This document shows positions 51,992 through 64,000 of a DNA stretch of 64,000 nucleotides, in pieces; the first letter of the stretch is position 1; each line of letters starts with the position of its first letter. The translations under genes were made by a program, and so were the position numbers. Location: contig NC_068982.1 in the NCBI RefSeq assembly GCF_001194135.2, forward strand, positions 36,641,709-36,705,708. The letters are read 5' to 3'. Below the pieces are notes generated by a model. That model did not search any database, had not been told where the DNA came from, and saw only the letters and a program-made list of their open reading frames with translations. This DNA is from Octopus bimaculoides (lineage: Eukaryota).

Positions 51992-54514
51992 CATGCACAC
52001 ACACACACACGTACACAGATACACTCACATACAGTAGTGAGACAGCATGCATGTGGATAAATTGTGAGGTAACTCACATGCATACATTTGATAAATATGC
52101 ATTCAACCTTGCTATGTAAATAGATCCTGTAGGTAAACCACAAGACTCTCTCAGCAGAATGAACCCAAGAACAGTTTGACTAATTTTGACACACTATTAC
52201 TATCTTATCAATAATGTCCTCTTCTTTTCATCTTGTAATGAGAAGAAACATCTTAGAGTTACTTATGAAATATACTGGGAGTCACAAACACTAATTTAAT
52301 TCAGTTACATATCATTACATTTGCTGGATCTTTTCTGTTTGGCTTCACTTTTTGAAATTTTAAAATTAAGTGAAAATTTTCAAATTTGGTATATTGAAAT
52401 TTTCACTTGTTCCTGAAAAAATTTAGAAAAATGTAACTAAGGTTTAAAGTTTCAGCATTTTTACCCAATCAGAAAATAGGATTTGGAAGATGACATCTTG
52501 TTCATGCTGACAACATTATGACGACAAAATATTCAGCAATTGCAGTGTTAATTTCCATAACCAGCATACAAAACTACATCAATACACCAAATTTGAAATC
52601 ATTCAGATAAAATTTGAAGGAATTGAAAAGTGAAAGCCAAACACAAAATAGCCTATTTACTTGTAGTGCATATCATATACTAAAATAATTAAAGTATGTA
52701 AGTACAGGTATGGCTCTGTGGTAAAGAAGCTTGCTTTTCAACCACATGGTTTGGGGTTCAGTCCTGCTGTGCAGTGTCTTCTACTAAGACTCAGACTGAT
52801 CAATACCTTTTGAGTGAATTTGGTCAACAGAAAATATGTGGAAGTACTAATGAAACATTTTAAATCTTGTTGTTCACCATGTATATAATGAATTATTATC
52901 ATTTGGCAGATATCAGCATAGATCAGCAAACAATTTGTTCATTGAAATAATAAATAATAAGCTTCAACTCTTGTTAGAGTCATTAGATTGAGATGTCTAA
53001 GGCTGATGAGACACAGTGATGCTGAAATACCAGTTGTCCCAGAGTCCCTTATGCTAAACAATCAACTATGTTGTGAATACACATTTGCCATAAGGGACTT
53101 GTTCTGTGACAAAACCACAGCGATTAACTTATTCATGTTTGAATCTAGTATAATGTATTAAGAATAAATATGCAAATCAGTATGAATGTATGTATGCATG
53201 TGTGTGTGTGTGTGTGTGCATGTGTGCGTGCACATGCATGTGTGCATGCACGTGCATGTGTGCATGCACATGTGTGTGTGCTTATGCTTGTTAGTGTAAA
53301 CAAGTGTAGTGAGCTGTGTCACTTTTCTGTTAAGAACATAATTTACAGATTCAATAAATAAAGATCAATAAACTAGAAGACTAAATTAAGTACTGGGACC
53401 AATAACATCAACTTAAAGAACACAGAAATATACCGGCAGCAACAGATGAAAATCGTCTAGCAGCACCAGTAGTATTGCTAAATGTGTATTTCTGTTTCTT
53501 TGAGTGTTATCAGCAATAAGTATCCACTGGCACCACATGCCAAGAGAAAATCAGCCACCAGCCGATATAGTTAAGCAGTGACTGAAAAATTACCAGTGTT
53601 GCAATTAACTTGTGCTCATTCTCAGCAGTGTGAATTAAAACGAAGTGAAACAACGGACCTCAATCAAGGACACAACACAGTGCTTGATCTGAGAATGGAA
53701 CCCACAATCTGATAATTAAAAGCCCAATACCCAAACCACTTATCATGTGCCTTCACATACACACATATCTATATACTTATTACATTTTACTTATTCTATA
53801 TAATCAATATAGAAAAATGCATTAAGTTAATATACATTGCATTTGTGTAACACGTAGAGGATAACAGCATAAATAGAATAAGCAAAATATATAACCTTAG
53901 CTGTTGTTAACAAAAAAAAAGATAGCTTAGAGTTAAGGGCATTATATATTATTTACATGAGGGAAAACTGAATTTGTTAATAGCAAATATGAATAACAGA
54001 AACTAAGTAAATTAAATATTAAAAAAATAATAAGAGATAATAGCTGGAACAAATTCAAGTAGGTTAATTGCAAAGAATATTTTTTTACTCTGATAATTCT
54101 GATTATTATCATTATTCGATGAGCTGTCAGAATCATTAGAAAACATGCCTTGTGATATTTGTTCTGAATCTGTATGTATTGAATTCAAATCCATAAGAGG
54201 TTGACTTTACCTTTCATCCTTTTAGGACCAATAAAATTAAGTACCAGTCAAGTACTAGGGTCAATGTTTTCAACTAACACCCACCTCCTCAAAATTTACT
54301 GGTCTTTTCCCTAATTAGAAGCAAAAATTTTTGTTTGTATTTCAACTTATATCATTTAAAAGTGTAAACAATTCTTTTTGTTTTCATATTGAGTTTGAAT
54401 CATGTCTAGGTGCAGGCATGGTTGTGTGGTAAAGCAGCTAGCTTTGGAATCATATAGTTAAGAGTTTAGTAAAACTGTGAGGATGTTGTCAGCTAGTGTC
54501 CTCTACTATAACCA

Positions 54515-55465
54515 AACATTAACCAAAGACTTGGGCTTCATCTTTACCATAAAGTTTGAGATCATCCATGAATAACAAATGGTTGACTTTTTGTTGGTGG
54601 CTTTTGAATACATACCTAACTTTTGCTTTCCTCATTATCAGTGTTAGTGGTATCAAGCACAGTACAAAGATCAGTGGGGATAGGCAGTTCCCTTGGAAGA
54701 TGTCCCTCCTGATTTCTACTGTCCCTAAATTTCTTCTGTATGCTGTCATGCCCGTCCTCCAATTCGCCATACTTTTTCCAAGCAATCGATCAACATTTGA
54801 TGCAATACCAAATAGGTTCATACATTCCATTATCCAAGAGTGTGGGATCATGTCGTACGCCTTACGATAGTCGATCCATGACATGGCTAAGTTACTTTTC
54901 CTCCTCTTGCAGTCTCTAAGTACAGTTTTGTCTACCAGAAGTTGATCCTTGATACCTCTGCACTTACACTTGCAACCCTTCTGCTCATGTGGCAGGACTC
55001 TATTTTCTTCCAGATGTTCATACATTGACTCTGCGAGCATTCCAGTCAATAATTTCCACATAAGTGGTAAACAGAATATCGGCCGTATTGCCTTTTTCAA
55101 TGATTTTCAAGCACAGCACTGTCCTACCTAATGTCAACCACTCTGGTGTTACTTGGTCAGCATTTAACAAGGTGTTGAGTTGCACAGCTATTCATGCATG
55201 ACATTCACCAAATCTTTTGATCCAGTAGCCTTGAACTCCATCTGGTCCCGGGGCCTTCCAGTTGCTCATTTTTTTGCTGATTTCCTTCACTTCCCTAACT
55301 GAAATGACTAGTTCTGCCTGTTTTGGACAGACTACTGTTTGTTTCAGTTCCTGCAACCATTCAGCATACTTCTTGTGCTCCTTGTCTTTGCTCCAGATGT
55401 CACACCAAAACCTTTGACTTTCATTGTTATCTGGTATCAACTTTTCATCTGCGCACCCTCCATTT
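54515..55465 (-). mobile_element. Dong/R4-clade non-LTR reverse transcriptase fragment
   Basis: ORF 54519-55100: [35 protein letters not shown] and [15 protein letters not shown] 55192-55635: WKAPGPDGVQGYWIK. Confidence 0.9.
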
Positions 55466-55467
55466 AT

Positions 55468-55491
55468 TTCTTTATTATTATCATCATCATC

Positions 55492-55541
<50 letters not shown>

Positions 55542-55555
55542 TATTATTATTATAT
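55468..55555. repeat. (TTA)/(TCA)n compound microsatellite at the Dong/R4 5' junction
   Basis: Read directly from the sequence. Confidence 0.9.
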
Positions 55556-56983
55556 TGTTGGTGATGATGAAAGTGATAAAGAAGTTGTGATGGCAATGAA
55601 AACAGCCAGAAAATAACCAGAGCAACAATGATCATGATGACAAAATCTGTTCATAAGTGCTATTTTATGATTTGATTATTCACTCTGAGTATTTAAACAC
55701 CATCATCAATCAAAATGAAAAACTTTAAAAAACAAATCATCTTGTGTTTCCTGTAAAGCAGACATCAAATTCCAAGTTGAAACTTTATTGCAATTTTATT
55801 TAATCATTATTAGTTGACACTGAAGATTATATCCAAATTCCAGCGAAATTCATTCTATTATTGTTAACAGTTTAAACAAGGAAAGAGAAGAAAAGATATT
55901 TTAGTATTTTAATAATATGATTTAAAAAAAAAAACATAATTTATGAATTAATTAATTTGTATACATTATCGTCTATTACACAATAAATTTATGAAAAATT
56001 ATATCAGATGTTGCGAACATAATGAATATTGTATGAAAATTTTTGTCCTAAATCATAACTTGCAATCAAAAGATGTATCACAGCCGAAGCATTTTTTAAA
56101 AATCAAATAATCATTATTGTCATTTCCAGTAGTTAGAAATATTGTCATTTCAAATAACTGAAATTATTTTGAATTACAGAACGATAATGATTATGTGATA
56201 AATCAAATCTTGAAAGAATTTATATTAATTTTATATATGAAACAGTAGGAAACGTATATTTGATAAGTATCTTCAAAAAGTTTTGGCAATTGATGAAATC
56301 AAAATCTAAGACTACTTGATGTTTGCTTATAGTTCTCTCAAGAAATTTATCGTGTTAATTTAACAATTACCAAACAAAAGAGAAATGATATGAATAATAT
56401 TTTTAATGTTGACATTCAATATCTAACTCAAAGAATTATATTGTAACTTCAAAGGTTTTGGTCATAACATAGACTCTAGTCTTTACATAGGTGATTTTAG
56501 ATAATAATATCACTGATATTTAAAAAATGAAATTTACTTTATTAAGAGTTAATTTTGAATATAATGCAGAGGAATATCACTTGAAAATATGTAAGTCAAA
56601 CAAAGGATGCTACGTGTTAATTTTAGAATAACATTTTTTCACAGCAAATTGAAGAATTTTGACCAAACAATATATGTATGCATGCATGTATGTATGTATG
56701 TATGCATGCATGCATGCATGCATATATATATATATATACATACACACACATATATACATGCATACATAAATGTGTGTGTGTGTTCAACTCTTGGCCTTTC
56801 AAAACAGATGTAACTGACTGATTTTGGTTTTGTAATTATCAAGATGATAAATGTTGAAAAGACTTCACAACTATTGTTAAGTTTTGAAAAATGCTATACC
56901 TTATGGATGTCAGTTAACTTACATAAGATCTGTTTTGTAGTTGCTTATTGAAAATGTGTATGTTGTTGTTGTTGTTGTTGTTG

Positions 56984-57039
<56 letters not shown>

Positions 57040-58248
57040 TCTTTTTGTTCTTGTAGTTGTAGTCTTGTGTGAACAACATAAATGTTATAGCTTAACCTAA
57101 CCAAAATGTCATTTTTGTTTCAATGCTTACAATTACTCTTATTATTATTCACTTGTTCTTTTGAAATTGAATGTCACAAAAAATCACAGTCATTAACTTC
57201 GATGTAATTCAACATTAAGACAACATATGTGTGGGGTAGTTTCTTTACATATAAACACTATACAATATTTTACATGAAAATATTTTAAGTATTTCTGTTT
57301 GAAAACTTTATCTCATAATGTAAAAGATCACTAATCAACATATATTCTGCAATACTGTAGTAGTTTTAGCTACAAATAGATATTAATTTTTACTGATATT
57401 TCAGCTGCTTTCTGGTATGACAGTTTTTTAGATGGCAAATGGTAGTGTAATCAGTGAAAATATTCACATTTAATAAAAACATTTATGAGCAGCCTGTCTT
57501 CTCAGAGACAGGCTACAGTGTATCATAGTTATTTTTCTCAGAAAAGCCTGGTTTCAATTCCCACAGATAAATGAAGTGAGAAACATACTTATATATCCTA
57601 CAATGGATTTGCAGAGGATATCAACCCATGCTTGGGAGTTGGTAATCCAATATTTTAATTTCTTTTATCTTTTATATGTTTCATTCATTGGACTGTGGCC
57701 AAGCTGTGGCACCACCTTGAAAGATTTAGTTGAATGAATCATCCCCACCAAATTCCACCCCAGTACTTTTTTTTTTGTAAGCTACAGGAACATAAACAAA
57801 CCAGCCCCAGTTGTCAAGTGGTGCTCGGGACAAGCACAAACACAAAGAAATACACACACACACATGCATATACACTATGAGCTTCTTTCAGTTCCCCTCT
57901 ACCAAATTCACTCACAAGGCTTTAGTTGGCCCAAGGCTATAGTAGAAGACACTTGCCCAAGGTACCATGCAGTGGGACTGAACCCACAATTGTGCAGTTA
58001 CGAAGCAAACTTCTTATCACAGAGTCACATCTATGCTTTCTATGTTTTTTTTCCCCCCGTATTAAAATGTCTGACAAGAAATAAAGTATATCTTCGAAGT
58101 TCTATTTTTATATCTTTGTATCTTTATAAGTACTTGAAATAGTGATGTTATGATTTAAAAGTTGGTGTAGCACATGTTATTTTTAAAAATCTTAGTTCTG
58201 ATATAATATTTCCACCTATTTATATACTAGCCTTTATTGTGATAGTTC

Positions 58249-58434
58249 TGTATATTGAGATCAGAAAATAAAGTATTAAGCAATTAGTCTTAAGCCATAT
58301 ATTTTCTAAGTGAATGACTACAACAAAGTTAGCTTTAATGTATGTTGAGATCTGAAAATAATAAAGTACTAAGCAATTAGTCTTAGAGTGTTATATTTTC
58401 CAAGTGAATGACTACAACTAAGTTAGCTACAATG
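58249..58434. repeat. ~90-bp diverged tandem duplication
   Basis: TGTAT(A/G)TTGAGATC...AAGCAATTAGTCTTA...AAGTGAATGACTACAAC...GTTAGCT occurs twice, starting at 58249 and 58339. Confidence 0.85.
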
Positions 58435-61200
58435 AAGTGAATTTCTTTGATTTATCTTATGTGGTGTTTGTTGTTTTCACTTTAAAGGTGAAAATAAGAA
58501 ACATCTGAAGAACCTTATCTCCTTTAATTACTATTTGCCTCAGTATTCAGTTTTCAAAATAGAAAAGCAAAGCTTAGAATATCAGAGAAGAATGCACAGG
58601 AAGATGGAAACCTATTTAAGTATTCAGTGTTGTAATTGTAAATATCCAGAAAACATTCTTTTAGATGGTGTATTGTTGGTTGATTTTGTTTTTATGTTTG
58701 CTTGTTTCTTCTTTTACATGGCATTTCATTTTGTACAAAATTAAAATATAAAAAAAAAAATGTCTAGAAAATATAATATCAAACTTGCTGGGTACTAAAT
58801 CTGACTATTATCCAGAAATGTCAGTACAGCCTACTTGGTAGAGCATTGGATTACTTTAGCCAGAAAACAGGCTCACTTCCTATTGTTAGCTAAAACTTCA
58901 TTGTACTCTACTTTCTGTCAACTGTTGATTCATATAATTGAAAAACTTATGCATTAGCACTTTAATTTAAGGATGCCAATTATCTATATTTTTTTTTATT
59001 ACTATGTTTGATAGGTAGAAGTATTTTGCACAGTACAAAGAGCCACTTTCAGATCAGAAAGGGAAGGGTGTGAGTAAGATTACTGCAGTTTCTGAGGAAT
59101 TTGAGAAGCTGGAGGTTAATTTTATTATCTGAAAGAGGAGGAAGTATAACAGAAAGTGATTTATAGAGTGGCAGATTGAATTTATTATTTGGTGTTATGT
59201 TTAAGGAGTGAAACAATATCGATGATATAAAGCACTGAGATTGTGGGTGCAACTATCATGAAGAAGTAATGTTTATACGGAAAGTTTTGAAAACTAGAGA
59301 CTGTAATCGCAATAGTGAAAGAAACAACGACAAACGAAAGTGAAGGTTTCAATTAAGGAAAGTATTTAATTAAGCAGATAGAAATATTTTTCAAAGCTGT
59401 TGTTCAGTCTCAAGTTAGCACTGATTGAAAAGCATTCAAACCATGAGCAAATTGTCTTTTTTTCAGCAATAATGTACCCTGGACAACACTATCCAATGTG
59501 TTTTCTTATAAGATGGTCGGGTGTAGTAGATTTAGCTATTATCTCTATCAAGTCATGCAACCATATCTAGGCTCTTTCATTGGCTTAACGCAATATAGGA
59601 TGGCAGTTATACAAAGAGACAGCAAACTATAAAGAAACAACATACTTAAGACAGCATAACGTTGTATTTTACAAAGTCAATGGCTCAAAAAAGAATGAAG
59701 CAAGAGTAAGAAGATATCAATGGACAAATGATGTAAGAAGCTTTTGTGTTCAACTTCTAAATATTTGGATGTATTTGCCACATACCTTAACCTTTTGACT
59801 GCATAATTAAATTTCATGGTCATTCCTGTAATCATGTCAATTGTCAATCAAAAAATAGAATTGATATTTCCTGCATTTGCAATACATTTTCAATACCTCC
59901 AGTAGTTACAGTATTCATATTATCCACAACTGAAAGCATTTGATTCTTGTTCAATAAAGAAATATTTGATGAAATATGTGAAAAAAAAAGAAAATCTGAA
60001 AAATTGTCGTTTGTAAAGTGTCATTGGGGTTTCTCCACTTCTTGCAATATAAGGAAAGGACTTTCAAAGTTGTGGGGTAAAACTGCTTTCTGCAGTTAAT
60101 GATGATAACATTTTGAGTGGATATACCCACTTTCTGCATTCAAAGGGTTAATTACAATACTCTTTACTTCAAAGATTTTCATTTATTCTATGCTAGTATA
60201 ATGGGATTTTTCTCTAATTCTTTACAGACTCTTTTCTCCAATTCAGTGTTAACAAGCTTCTTGGTATTCTGACAGAAGTAAAATTGCATCCTTTGCAGAG
60301 GAGTATAATTCCTTGTTTAGAGATATGACTGAACTCTTGACATTATATACAAAACAAATTTGTTAATATTTCTAACTTAATTCAACCCTTTTAGCTAACA
60401 TTAAAGCAATTTTGAAATCAAATAGAATTTAAAGACTGATTATGCCTTTGCCATCCTTCTCATTTTTACCATATGAGTCAATTGATTTCTTGCCCTTCTG
60501 AGTCAACTTTGCCTTTCATCACTTTGAAGGTTGCTAAAACATTGGAGTCAACCAAATTATTTCCTCTTACATTAAACTAACTGTATCTGACAAAGAAAAA
60601 AAAAGTTGATCTATTCCAGAACTAGACTTCTTCAAAAATCTTCTTTAGCTTAAAATTAGATCTTCAATAGAGTACTAAATATTTTCATGAAATGTTCCAG
60701 AACAAAACTTATAAAACTTTGTTTTCACTTATATCAAAAGAATATTATTTCTAATAAGAACATGCATTTTTTAACTTATTCTTTAATGAAATTCTTTATA
60801 GAAATAGATTGAAAAGAAACCTTATATATTTATGACTAGCTAACTAGATTTCATGCTTTATTTTTTCTCCTTCCCTAATAATATTTTTTTAGTATATATA
60901 AGTACTTAAACACTTCTGTTTCATGTTAGTGCATTTATGAGCTACTGATGACATTTTATGGCAATTGGCCAGCCTCTATGAAGTTAGGAAATGATGAGTC
61001 TACATGGTAGAATGTAAAGATGAAAGACTTTCTAACTAACATATATCCAATACTTTGTACAATTAGAGTATTCAAACTGCGATTTTTTAACCACAAGCTT
61101 TGAGTTTCGATTTAACTGAATGGCAAGTGTTTTACCATTGCCAAGGGTTGACCAAAGCCTTACAAGTGAAATTTGATGGACAGAAACTGAGTGGAAGTCC

Positions 61201-61260
<60 letters not shown>

Positions 61261-61854
61261 CGCGTGCATGTGTGTTTTGTCAAAAATATACACATTTGTA
61301 AAAAAAATTACTGATAAACCACTGCAACAAACAGAAATACCTTATGGCATTTTATTCCATATAAGTTTTCTTTGTCATTTTTGTTATCAGAAATGCAGTG
61401 AACTAAAGAATGGCCCATTAATGGAAAGTCACAACCAACACTGCTAATGTTCATAAAATAAACATGTACATTTTTTTCTAGTTTTTTTTTTTTTTTTTAG
61501 CTATTTCACAACATAAATAAAGAAATAACTCATACTGGTAACAGTCACCATAGATGTAATACATTTGTTAATTTCTATAGAACAGTAAAAGTTACTTTTT
61601 TTCTCATGTATTTCACCAACTATACAAATTTATGAAAACAGCATTACTTTAGCCACTGCAACTCTTTTAATACCAACTTGAAAATTTGTTTCTGATTAAA
61701 ATCTCGCTAAACATGAATGACATATTTCAGTTGGAAAACACCATATAATATACCAATAGATATAACTGCAGCTATTTTACTGGCTTCAACATCTTGAATT
61801 TATCAAATATTTCTTTGAAATACATTGACATTCATTAGGGTTCAAAATATATCT

Positions 61855-62100
61855 GACAGGTGCTCCAAAATTCATCATCAGTGATGTTCCTGGTTTCTTT
61901 GGGGATTTCAGATCTTTCTGTTTCAGATCTCCAGCTGGAACTGATCAAGTTCTGATTTGCAGCCCAACAGGAACTTGCTACAGATTTGCCCTCTTTATCC
62001 ATAGCTATCTGGCAACTTTTTCTATAGCTTCAATGAAGGAACATGTAGCCCATCTCTTTGCTGGGCTTGAAGTCACTGGTGAAATACACAGGTATTCATT
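61855..62100 (-). mobile_element. HERO-like (R2-superfamily) non-LTR retrotransposon 3' end relic
   Basis: Minus strand gives PAKRWATCSFIEAIEKVAR*LWIKRA (compare AIxxAAEKASRWLWIKR), followed by a UTR ending CCAGGAACATCACTGATGATG. Recognised from memory of the family, not from a database search. Confidence 0.6.
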
Positions 62101-63785
62101 AAAAATATAGTTGTGAAAGGAATAACCAAATTTTTAAAATTTTCTATTTATAAAACTTGAATTATTGACTGCTCTCTTAAAAAAATAAAATTAAATGGAT
62201 TCTGAAAAGATTCCAGTTCTATGTTTTAGACCTGATATTGTGTGATCGTGTTACATTTGCATCTGGATGTTTTGATAATTTTTCTATAAGCAACATGCTC
62301 ACTGATGGGTCTCAAACCACATGGATGTCGATTACTGAGTGAATGTGTTACTGACTACACAACAAATCACCTGCCAGCACACCTATCATTTCAAATTTGG
62401 GTCTTACATTTATTTATTTATTTATTTTACTATTTTTATCTCTTCAAGATAATTAGTTGATTGCTTAGTATATCAAAACAGGTTATAACCACAGATTTAA
62501 ACATATGTAGATACATGGTTGAAATCCCTTGAGTGAATTTCTGCTGCTCTTTACAATGTCAAATTGGTACTTATAATGTCTAATATCACTTTACATTGTA
62601 AAATATTAGTAGTTGCTTACCTGCTATTGCCTAAAATGAAGCACACAGCAATGAAATATAATTTTGCTGTCAGAAGAGATAACTTACAACTACTTCAAAC
62701 CAAAGTTAAATAAATGCATGACTGGATATTTCAACTTATTTAGTCAATAGTAAATGTTTATGATCTATCTTATATTTTCTCATCCTTTTCCTTTCATTGA
62801 TATAAGGTGTATAGTTAGTAAGTTCACTTCATAATCACATGGTTCCAAGTTCAATTCTTCTGTGTGATACCTTGGAAAAGTGTTTTCTATCATTACTTCA
62901 GGTCATTTTAAGCCTTGTGAATGACATTTCTTTTTCATCTTTAAGTCAAGAAAGAATATAGTGCTCATGATCTTTACAGGGCTTTTGAGACAAGTGAGAG
63001 GGAGAGAGGAAAGAATCCTCAAATTGGTTTGAATATTTGCAACTTAGTGGGCTCAAGGAGTGGGGTTGTGATGTTAAACCAGGCAAAACTAGGCCATGAT
63101 AGTATTTGAACTCAGAATGCGAAAGATCAAAGCAAATCCCATAAAGGTATCCTTCCTTTTACTCTTAATGTTCTGCCAATTCACAATTGTAGACTGTATT
63201 TTTTAGTAACCTTGAAAGGATGAAAACAACATTGATCTTACCAGGATTTGAACTCAGAAAGCAGAGAATTGGAACAGATACTCTGAGACATTCTAACTCA
63301 TGCTCTAATAACTCAGTTAATTCACTGCCTCAGATAGATAGAACCTATGCAGAAGTTCATCAGATGAAATATATCTATCCTTGGGTGACTCCAGGGCACC
63401 TTTAGCGAAGCCCAACCCACTCTGGTGGACAAAATCACCAATCTAAAATTAACTGAATACCCTGGTGCAATGCTATCTTGATTTATGTTCCCCACTTCCA
63501 ATTATTTTGAAGGCTCTGCAGGATGTCATAAGCATTGTCTTTCCTACCTTGACAATGATGAAAAAAAAAAGAAAAAAAGTTCCACTTTCTTCTCTATTTT
63601 TCTTGTTTCTCAATTCTATATAAAAATACAGTTATTTGATAAAATGAGGTTCATTACATTGACTTCTGACACTTCATTCAGGAAATTAATATCTCTGATA
63701 CTCCTAATAATGGTTTTTCTAATCAGATTGATTTCATCCTCACCAAGCAGCAGGATGCAAAGTTGCTCTTAAATACAAAGACCCT

Positions 63786-63803
63786 CCCTAACCCTAACCC
63801 TAA
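63786..63803. repeat. Short interstitial (CCCTAA)x3 telomere-type repeat
   Basis: Three exact CCCTAA units followed by a C run. Confidence 0.7.
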
Positions 63804-63829
63804 CCCCCCCCCCAGCATAGACTAGTTAT

Positions 63830-64000
63830 TAGTAACTTTAGAAGGATGCCAAGAAGCAGACCAATCCAGAAAAGAAGGATTTGGAAGCTATAGAACCCTT
63901 CACATGGTCAGAGATTTAGGAACATCTTTACTGAGAAATTTGATGAGAGGGAAGAGGAGCTACAGACTTCGGACATAGAGGGTAACTGGAAATTCCTACA
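63830..64000 (+). mobile_element. RTE-clade LINE fragment (APE-RT linker), runs off the window end
   Basis: RRIWKL*NPSHGQRFRNIFTEKFDEREEELQTSDIEGNWKFL. Confidence 0.7.

Noticed and set aside
59040-59260. Possible L2/CR1 3' relic on the minus strand
   Set aside because: The similarity to the HITPxLxxLHWLP region is too weak to call by eye.
61860-61950. Frame reading VLQNSSSVMFLVSLGISDLSVS, resembling GPCR TM2
   Set aside because: It stops after about 30 codons, and the opposite strand is explained by a HERO-like retroelement end.
62315-62345. CTGATGG-GTCTC-AAAC...GTC
   Set aside because: It has two core deviations and weak helices, as expected by chance.

Overview
AT-rich, microsatellite-dense animal genomic DNA. 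The SINE/RTE-LINE repertoire looks like coleoid cephalopod, probably Octopus; this is inference from the repeat families. No intact host protein-coding gene can be supported, so the window is intergenic or deep intronic. Most long ORFs in the track are microsatellite artefacts or decayed transposon frames. Recognisable relics are a mariner DD34D transposase, several RTE LINE pieces, Dong/R4 and HERO-like non-LTR fragments, an L1/Tx1-clade LINE 3' part, an internally deleted Gypsy element, a Penelope GIY-YIG element, a Helitron/PIF1 helicase, a probable Tigger/pogo, and many tRNA-derived SINEs. There is also a decayed ~180-bp tandem array and several long foldbacks. The most interesting signal is a set of hammerhead-ribozyme-like motifs. 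One is a nearly complete type I hammerhead just 3' of the polyA signal of the L1/Tx1 LINE (48768-48818). Two are mirror-image minimal hammerheads in a 141-bp inverted repeat beside the Penelope element (41114-41460). Three more are decayed candidates. None has been tested for activity.
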